A stretch of 64,000 bases of DNA from Epithemia pelagica (taxonomy: Eukaryota > Protista > Bacillariophyta): NCBI GenBank assembly GCA_946965045.2, contig OX337228.1, positions 3,410,001-3,474,000 on the forward strand, given 5' to 3'. Below are positions 59,445-64,000 of this stretch, piece by piece (positions within the stretch are counted from its first letter, which is position 1; each line of letters starts with the position of its first letter). A program made the position numbers and the translations under genes. The notes below the pieces were generated by a model that saw nothing but the letters and a program-made list of their open reading frames with translations, did not search any database and was not told the DNA's origin.

Positions 59445-60028
59445 TCAATCTTCTTCTACTTTCCTATCCTTTTTAGGGATGGCCCTTTCTGGATTGAACC
59501 TTTTTGGTGGAGGCGGGAGAATCCCAAATCTTTTCCAGTGAAACCAAGAAGTTGGGGAGATGAGAAGATCCAACAGTTGATACCAGAAAGTCCCAAGCTA
59601 GTACTTACTTTCCCAAGATCCACGCAACTCGCTCCGACGGTTGGGCTCCCACGCTTTTGCGTGTGACACAGTCCATTGTGTGAGTAAACAAGACTTCGCG
59701 AGAAGAATAACAACAGAATCGAACGAGCTCACCTTATCCAGTATCTTGGTGAAAAGATGGTAGACCCAAATTATAATGGAACATGATGGATCATGTGTTT
59801 AGAGAAAATTTCATCGAAAAGAAAGTTAAACCAACCATCACTCACTTACTTGAGCCTATCCGTCTTCAGTCTGATTTCTTTATTCCCTGCCTTATTCGGT
59901 ATGGGATTGTAAGTGCCAAGAATTTCGAAGAATTTGCCATCGCGTGGAGCCTTCGAGTTTGCAGCCACCATTCGATAAAAAGGCTTGTGTATACGCCCGA
60001 AACGTTGCAATCGTATCCGGACTACCAT
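59445..60028 (-). CDS. rps16: Bacterial-type ribosomal protein S16 (nucleus-encoded, probably mitochondrial); exons 59850-60028, 59733-59744, 59609-59653, 59445-59529
   Basis: [40 protein letters not shown]. Three GT-AG introns restore [26 protein letters not shown] (106 aa). Confidence 0.9.
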
Positions 60029-60499
60029 GGTACCACTTGCTGTGACAGGGGAAGCGGTGCACTTTTCTACTTTCCTCCGGTCGAACTCACGATAGCAGCT
60101 ACTCCCACACCTCAAACGACCAAACGGTGAGTGATGTTCAGACTTGTCGACAAAGGTATCCTTGGTCCTTGGGCGCACGGCGAAACCTGCTCGGCAGCAC
60201 AGGGATGTAGAAATCCTACCATAAAATTCTTACTGTTTTTCTATATTAGACGTCAGCAGCGATTTACGATTTCGTTTTTCGTTTCTGTCTCAGGAACAGG
60301 ACGAACTTATCGTGTACAACTTCATCTGAAGACCCTGTAGACGTGTTTCTGTACGGAGTAGGTAGCTCTAGACTCATATTGTCCTTCCCATGCGATTTAT
60401 CACAACAACAATCAAACATTCTATCTTCTATGTGCAAATAAACCTGAGTGCAAAACATAACTTTTTCTCTATGCATAAAAATATCCCTGTGTTAACTCT

Positions 60500-61537
60500 T
60501 CATGCCGCTTGGTTAGTAGCAGATCTGTTTTGGACAAGCTTGGCATCGATACGATTCTTGTAGTCGCCTGGGGCCATGAGGGGAATGCGTTCAAGGACCG
60601 TGTTGTGATCAAGCATTTCCGCCAATGCGTCGAATCCACTGTTAGAGATTTTCACATTTCCCCAAAGACGCAAAAACTTGACCGACTTGTTACCCGTCAA
60701 GGCTGTGGCGATGGCAATGCATCCTTCGTCGGAGATATTGTTACACGAGAGATCGAGAGATTCCATTTTATCACTATCATGAACAGCGACCGCAATTGCC
60801 GAACATGCGTCGTCATGAAGGTTGCAATGAGAGAGGGCGAGAGACTTCAGGGCGGGGGATGTCGGGATCGCCTCAGCCAAAGCTTTAATATCGTCGGTCT
60901 TCAGCGCGAGACGACTGATGGACAGATCGCTTACTGTTTTCGACGAAACCAAGGAAGCCAAGGCTTTCCCAGTCAGCTCGACCTTGACCTTCTGTTTAGC
61001 AGCTTCCGAACCCACAAGGCTTCCGCGCTTCTGGTAAGTTACCTCCAACTTCACCTTCTCGAGTTTAGGGAGTCCAGCGAGAGCGACTAGAAGTGGGTCG
61101 ATCGAGATTGATTCGTCATCCATGCTAAAGTCGCTAAGTTCAAATGACCGAAGATTTGGATGCCCTTCCATTGCCTTGGTAATACCGACAAAGTCTGCTT
61201 CGGAACCTTCTAGATGCAGGACGCCAAGTTGCAGATGTTCGAGACCCTTTGCCTGTGAAATAAAATCACTGAGAACGTTGATGGGCAGAGAGGCATGCCA
61301 GATAAGAGTTTCCTTTAGATTCGGTAATGATCCAGCGGCCTTAAACAGTTCACTCGCCATCTCAGGCTTTAGACCAGGCAAAAAGTCGCGATCGAAACGA
61401 ATGTATTGGATGACTGTGTTAACTTTGAGTGCCTCAATAAGCTGAGACATATCATTCGTGTACGCTTCCGGAATCTCCGTCAGCCGGAGATCAACTAGCT
61501 CCGGATCATTGCTCTGAATACGATCGACATAAGACAT
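60500..61537 (-). CDS. RNI-like leucine-rich-repeat protein
   Basis: N-terminal RIQSNDPEL motif and repeats such as LKSLALSHCNLHDDACSAIA, LDLSCNNISDEGCIAIA, LRLWGNVKISNSGFDALA. Confidence 0.88.
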   Translation of the reverse strand: MSYVDRIQSNDPELVDLRLTEIPEAYTNDMSQLIEALKVNTVIQYIRFDRDFLPGLKPEMASELFKAAGSLPNLKETLIWHASLPINVLSDFISQAKGLEHLQLGVLHLEGSEADFVGITKAMEGHPNLRSFELSDFSMDDESISIDPLLVALAGLPKLEKVKLEVTYQKRGSLVGSEAAKQKVKVELTGKALASLVSSKTVSDLSISRLALKTDDIKALAEAIPTSPALKSLALSHCNLHDDACSAIAVAVHDSDKMESLDLSCNNISDEGCIAIATALTGNKSVKFLRLWGNVKISNSGFDALAEMLDHNTVLERIPLMAPGDYKNRIDAKLVQNRSATNQAA

Positions 61538-62002
61538 GGTTGCGTTTGGTTTAGAAGCTTTTGCAAAGAAAGATTTTGATCGATCCTTGCGCGTGAATTT
61601 GTTTGAAATAAGAACGAAGTCTTTTTTGATAAGTTGTTGCAGTTGTCAATTCTAGTCATAAAGGGTTAAATAAATTAAAGGGCAGGATGACCGAAATCCG
61701 AAATCCACTATCCCCCCACTACGAGCAATGAGAATCTAACCGAAAATGACTCGTTGCTGGTTGATCCCGATTTCAAAGGGCGAATTCATAGAGGTTGGAC
61801 CCGCACCGCGGTGCCGCGGATCGGATCCGCGGATCCGCGGTGCTGATCCCTGGCACCGCAACGAAAGTGACTGGCTGATCCGATCCGCGCTACCCGCACC
61901 TACACACAGTAAAGGCGACGTCTATAACATTCGCCGTCGTTCTCTGCCTTTCTCCTCGCAACCACCAATCAACCGTGTACCATGTAACCCGTAGCAAGTG
62001 GT

Positions 62003-62485
62003 GTGGGGAGGCTTCTCACGGATTGTCCAAAGATGGAGCTCGAAGACACAGCATCCGATGAGACATCATCCGATGAAAGTGTAGTGCTTGTTTCAGCACG
62101 TGTCAAGCCACAATCAAGTAAAACACAAGAACCTGAGTCGATGGACACTGAATCAGATCCAGAGGAAGAAACTGTTTCAGCTTCGGTGGCAGCTAGAAAA
62201 AGAAAAGCAGCAATGCATCAGAAAAAAAAGAAAAAGAAATCATCCCAGAAGAAGGCAAAGAGCATCACAAAGACTCTTCCCAATGTTTCCAATTGCCTGA
62301 GGACACCCATTGTGATACAAGACCCCAATACTGGATTGGACATAGACATCACAAAACCACATTCATCAACAGCCAGTCTCTCATTGTCTATCCCTGATTC
62401 TCAGAAGACTGCATTATATTGGAATTTTTTTCATTGTGGCCAGAAGGAGATTCATGTTAGAATTCTCACCGTCTATGGTGGTTAG
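62003..62485 (+). pseudogene. Possible truncated 5' part of a transposase-like gene (acidic/basic N-terminus, YWNFFH motif)
   Basis: Short ORF with an NLS-like poly-Lys stretch, downstream of a palindromic ccgcgg/ggatcc cluster. It stops just before a switch to C-rich sequence. Confidence 0.3.
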
Positions 62486-63273
62486 ATTCTACATCTCATC
62501 GATTCCCCATGTCACATAGCCACGTGCTATCGCATCATGCCCTCTAGCTTCGAGCTATGTTCCCTAGCTTCGCGCTATATCGACCTATATTTCTTCGCAA
62601 ATCATGAAAAGTGAGAATAGATTGACGAACTCACTCTCAAGACTAAACTGGGTCGTGCGGTATCACAACGGACATAAATTTGGCCGTTGCTCGGACATTA
62701 TACTAACGCCCTAAGCGTACGCGCCCGAAATCATCGAGCGCGCCCAAGCAACATCCGAGCGCTATCGGCATCTATCCGATCCAACGGTCTAAGTATCCCA
62801 AGCACGACACACGATCACGCGAGACCATATTTCCATTCCCACAATCTCCAAATTGTCAACAAGCTGCGCGCCATGAAAACAACTATGCCAACCCAAAGCA
62901 AGAGCTGTTGACCCTGTATATGTTATCCGCCCACATATACATGTCATATACATCACATGAATCAACTCCAACTATTCCAAACCTGTTGCCGCCAAGAACC
63001 TATGACACATGACCCTTGGCAGGACCGAACATTTCACGTAGACCTATCGTAGTAATCAACACACAATCTAACAATATCACCATTTATCACATCCTCTTTT
63101 GTGTCCCGACTATCCTTCTGATAGACTTCGACTTGCTTGCTTCTCTGACCCTGAGAAGCTTGTATCGGTTGGTGACCTACCTGATTGTCTGCTCTACCGA
63201 GCATCAATGTCCCTACGATTCAGAAAGAATTGTAACAGATTAACAGTCTCAAAGCTTATTTCCTTGTGGTTTC

Positions 63274-64000
63274 ATGGATACTAACGAGATTATCACTCCT
63301 GTACGACAGATCTATCGAGCCAACCTGCATCCCGGGCAGCCCGATACCCTGGTGCAGCAGGAACTGGTGCCGACGCCGAAGGCAGCCAACACATCGGTCA
63401 ACATCTCCGTCGACAGTTCCAACAGCAACCCATTCGAGACTCCAACCCAGCCTCACGCTCCAATCCCTGCGCCGTTGCTTCGGCCCCCGAGTCCGCCTCG
63501 TCGGTTCGCCCCTTCTCGATCCCGTCGTACCACCCGGTTGATTGCTGATCATATCAAGTACTTCCGCCAACCAACTTGTTCGACCTTCGATCCCGAGATC
63601 ATCCGTGGGGAGACCCAGATCGAACGCCAGTTCCAATCGGTGACCCACATCGTCGATCAAGAAGACATTGACCGTCTGAACGACCAACTTCATCGTTCTC
63701 CGAGGCGTCGCCTCATCTTTGCCGCCCTCTCGGGCAACCCCATCCGTACTGTCCACCTCCGCTTCCTAACCTTCGAGCGCCCAACTGGATACTACAATAC
63801 CATCCACGTCGTGAACGCGACGACTTGCCCTCTGCCTCCTAACGTTGTACGCCTAGATAACTACGTTGCCTACATACACGAGGTCCATACCATCGAGGAC
63901 CATCGTGCAACTATCTACCCTTTGCGTACCGAGGTCGAGAACCACCTGGCTGAAGGTGATACCCCTTCTTCTGTTGCTTGTGCTGCCCCATCTGAGCCTG
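63274..64000 (+). CDS. Partial ORF running off the window end (242 codons), possibly ORF1/gag of another retroelement
   Basis: Open from ATG 63274 (MDTNEIITPVRQIYRANL...) to base 64000 with no stop; C-rich composition like the YR element at the window start. Absent from the track, presumably because it has no stop codon. Confidence 0.55.
   Translation, partial: MDTNEIITPVRQIYRANLHPGQPDTLVQQELVPTPKAANTSVNISVDSSNSNPFETPTQPHAPIPAPLLRPPSPPRRFAPSRSRRTTRLIADHIKYFRQPTCSTFDPEIIRGETQIERQFQSVTHIVDQEDIDRLNDQLHRSPRRRLIFAALSGNPIRTVHLRFLTFERPTGYYNTIHVVNATTCPLPPNVVRLDNYVAYIHEVHTIEDHRATIYPLRTEVENHLAEGDTPSSVACAAPSEP

Overview
Eukaryotic genomic DNA, most likely from a pennate diatom. This is inferred from short 64-105 bp GT-AG introns, a DUF6824-type gene, CoDi-like Copia elements and TAG/CTA-rich intergenic tracts. 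Host genes: importin-5, an FkbM methyltransferase, XPC/Rad4, a DUF6824 protein, a 4-TM protein, ARF1, a two-SANT/Myb (GON4L-like) protein, Cgr1, organellar ribosomal S16 with a 12-nt micro-exon, an LRR protein and several unknowns. About half of the window is transposable element. It includes the 3' part of a tyrosine-recombinase (Ngaro/PAT-type) retrotransposon with split direct repeats, a PIF/Harbinger-type two-gene transposon, and several MITEs. Two head-to-head Copia elements are nested in a 35-bp-TIR element; one has TSD-confirmed TA...GA termini, and the other carries a 366-bp TRIM-like mini-retrotransposon. The most notable element is about 6.3 kb (31049-37378). Its single-frame 1221-codon ORF, broken by three stops, carries RAG1/Transib/CMC-type motifs (DG...D..CxxC...NYxH....H...E) and lies tail-to-tail with an unknown 556-codon ORF. 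All family assignments come from motif recognition by eye; no database searches were run.
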